Shown: in pieces, positions 47,111-49,123 of the stretch
Numbering within the stretch: position 1 is the first letter of the stretch
Layout: each line of letters starts with the position of its first letter
Origin: an uncultured bacterium
GTDB lineage: Bacteria; Abyssobacteria; SURF-5
Direction: 5' to 3'
Assembly: GCA_964607485.1 (NCBI GenBank)
Contig: CAZSKP010000020.1
Coordinates: forward strand, 1-49,123
DNA length: 49,123 bases
Notes under the pieces: generated by a model
Databases searched by the model: none
Seen by the model: the letters and a program-made list of their open reading frames with translations, nothing else
Told to the model about the DNA's origin: nothing
Made by a program: the position numbers and the translations under genes

Positions 47111-47403
47111 GGAAACCTCCATTCAAATGAGATTAAATGCCTTAGAAGATACTTTGAAAATTTAGTCAAGATACCATATGATACTCATATCATGGGTGAT
47201 CGAGACAAAGTCTTGGACGAAACGGTAAGCGCTTTCGAAAGAGTCGTCAACACGATCTAATCCACATCGGAGGCACATACGATTCCTATTTGCAGATACT
47301 GGTCATCCCGCCAAAGAAATGATAGCAAACAAGACGCAGAGGCGCGGCATATCAAAAGGAACGCGGGATTGCTGATCACCCATGTCTTCAGTGGAGGATG
47401 TGA

Positions 47404-48690
47404 ATGATTCCACGAATGCTGTTCGTACTATCGGCCCTGCCCTTTCTTATGACCGCCCATGAAAGCCCCGCAGAGGCAGCCGGCCCTGCGGAGGCGGAAA
47501 ATGTTGAGCTTGTGGGACACCTTGACATCGAGGGCGGGGGAATGGTTGACGTTCACGACGGCGTCGCCTATGTCGGTCACATGGCCCCACCCTTCGCCAC
47601 AAGTATTATTGATGTATCCGACCCCGCCGACCCTCTAATCCTGTCGCGCATCAGAGCAAAACCGCACACCCATTCCCACAAGGCCAGAGTGTGTGGCAGT
47701 ACGATGATAATCAACCGTGAACAGTACGCCAGATCGATTCCCGGTTATATCTTCAACACCCTGTTCAGAAAAAGAAGTACCGAAATAGGGCTTGCCGTTT
47801 TTGATGTATCGGATACTACCGCTCCACGAGAAACGGGATTCCTCAAAGCAGGAGGAATAGGCCTGATCAATGCGCCGGCCGGTGTGCACCGCTTCGAGTT
47901 CGACTGCGGACAAAATCTTGCTTACATCAGCGCTACAATCGACGGTTATCGCGGAAACATTGTCCTGATCGTCGATCTCAGCGACCCTCAGAACCCGGCA
48001 GAAATAGGCCGATGGTGGCTCGAAGGCCAATGGGTAGCCGGCGGCGAAAAATCCACATGGCGGAGAAACGACTATCACGTTCATCATCCGAACAGGCTCC
48101 GCGACCGTCTGTATGTGCCGATGTGGTTCGGCGGCTTCGCAATCGTCGATATCTCGGACCTGAAACAACCAAGGACTGTCAGTTATCTCAATCCCAACCA
48201 TCAGTCTCCCATACATACCACTCTCCCCGTTGGCCACAAGATTGCGGGAAAGGACTGGTTGGTTGTTTTCGATGAGGACATCAACGACGAATGCGAGGAG
48301 CCCCAGGCCTCAATGTGGCTCGTTGACATAACTGATGAGAAGAATCCCTCGATTCAGAGCTATTTCCGGGTTCCCGAAGGCGGCAGGTACAGCCAGTGCG
48401 ACGGACAAAAGGGGAAACGCTTTGGCGCACATCAGCCGCACGAATTTGTTGGAGACGACAACTTGGTGTACGCCGCCTGGTTCGCAGGAGGCTTACGCAT
48501 CATTGACATATCTGACCCTTACCAGCCAGCGGAGGTCGGCAAATATGTTCCCGAGCCTGTCGCGGGCTTCAAGTTCCCCCAGAGCAATGACGTCTTCCTT
48601 GACGACAGAGGACTCATTTACCTCATAGACCGCAACAATGGTCTCGATATTCTACGATTCTTACCCGCCACCCTGAGGAGCGACGAATAG
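47404..48690 (+). CDS. Exported LVIVD-repeat-like beta-propeller protein
   Basis: Signal peptide; repeats IIDVSDP, VFDVSD, LIVDLSDP, AIVDISD, LVDITDE, RIIDISDP; FGAHQ, AWFAGGLR. Confidence 0.85.
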   Translation: MIPRMLFVLSALPFLMTAHESPAEAAGPAEAENVELVGHLDIEGGGMVDVHDGVAYVGHMAPPFATSIIDVSDPADPLILSRIRAKPHTHSHKARVCGSTMIINREQYARSIPGYIFNTLFRKRSTEIGLAVFDVSDTTAPRETGFLKAGGIGLINAPAGVHRFEFDCGQNLAYISATIDGYRGNIVLIVDLSDPQNPAEIGRWWLEGQWVAGGEKSTWRRNDYHVHHPNRLRDRLYVPMWFGGFAIVDISDLKQPRTVSYLNPNHQSPIHTTLPVGHKIAGKDWLVVFDEDINDECEEPQASMWLVDITDEKNPSIQSYFRVPEGGRYSQCDGQKGKRFGAHQPHEFVGDDNLVYAAWFAGGLRIIDISDPYQPAEVGKYVPEPVAGFKFPQSNDVFLDDRGLIYLIDRNNGLDILRFLPATLRSDE

Positions 48691-48771
48691 GTCGGCCGTT
48701 TCAGCAATAGCCCCCTCGGTTCATGTATAACGGCAGGCAGTACTACTCTACCAGTCTATATGAAAGCTGCA

Positions 48772-49092
48772 CTAATCTGTTCCTTCGAAAGTGTAACTTC
48801 CACCAATCCGCTCGTTCAAATATCTCTCTCGGCGAGTGAAGAATACGTTCTCTTTTCTACACTTATTCATTCGAAGGTGAGCGGACTTTTTGTCGACAGT
48901 CATCGGATAAGAGCAACTCCTGATGCATTTCTTGACTTTTGGAAATTGTGGCAGTGAAGAAGAATTTGGCGGAGACTTCACTCGGCCTGCGTCAAGAATA
49001 CCGTCCCTCCATGGAGAAAACTTCACCCCGCATTTCCGGTATGATTCAATGAAAAAATCGCTGCGTTCTGGTATACTTTCATTCATCAACAT
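48772..49092 (-). pseudogene. Gene remnant paralogous to 46662-47110, may extend beyond the window
   Basis: Shared peptide blocks with synonymous codon differences; flanked by stops. Confidence 0.5.
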
Positions 49093-49123
49093 CTAGAAGT
49101 ACCTGCTTCTGATTAACCCCTAT

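Overview
GC-rich bacterial chromosomal window. Its gene content (multiple Fe-S proteins, DUF362, thiolase/HMGS-DUF35, DUF116) suggests an anaerobe, but the lineage cannot be assigned from sequence alone. Housekeeping backbone: two convergent 4Fe-4S paralogs, DUF116, mprF, cupin, SDR, a PilV/W/X-like minor pilin cluster with a TPR gene, alaS-ruvX-mltG-U32, a divergent sigma-70 factor, tRNA-Asp, sucCD, tRNA-Phe, DUF362, an HMGS-like/DUF35 fusion plus thiolase, an APC permease and tRNA-Thr. Three accessory regions stand out. (1) An AT-richer three-gene cassette at 6.1-9.7 kb encodes a sulfatase/LTA-synthase-like membrane enzyme, an 85-aa YVDPGTG membrane peptide and a kinase-like/methyltransferase NoeA-like protein. 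(2) A 2.6-kb decayed element in tRNA-Phe is bounded by an exact 50-bp direct repeat. It holds a broken phage-type TOPRIM primase, a second broken gene and one intact sulfatase-like gene with its own promoter. (3) A mosaic region downstream of tRNA-Thr carries cls, ftsH, a crotonase, an IS1634 scar, a truncated TetR, BKACE, a ketopantoate-reductase-like gene, an SDR, an LVIVD-like gene and paralogous gene ruins. The least explained signal is a set of diverged repeats with no convincing gene, shared between the two tRNA-linked regions: a ~200-bp module with an exact 22-bp core, a CCCCTATACCCCC-N21-24-GTRCCTMTT motif present three times, and a separate ~60-bp module present twice. All calls are by eye from motifs; no database searches were run.
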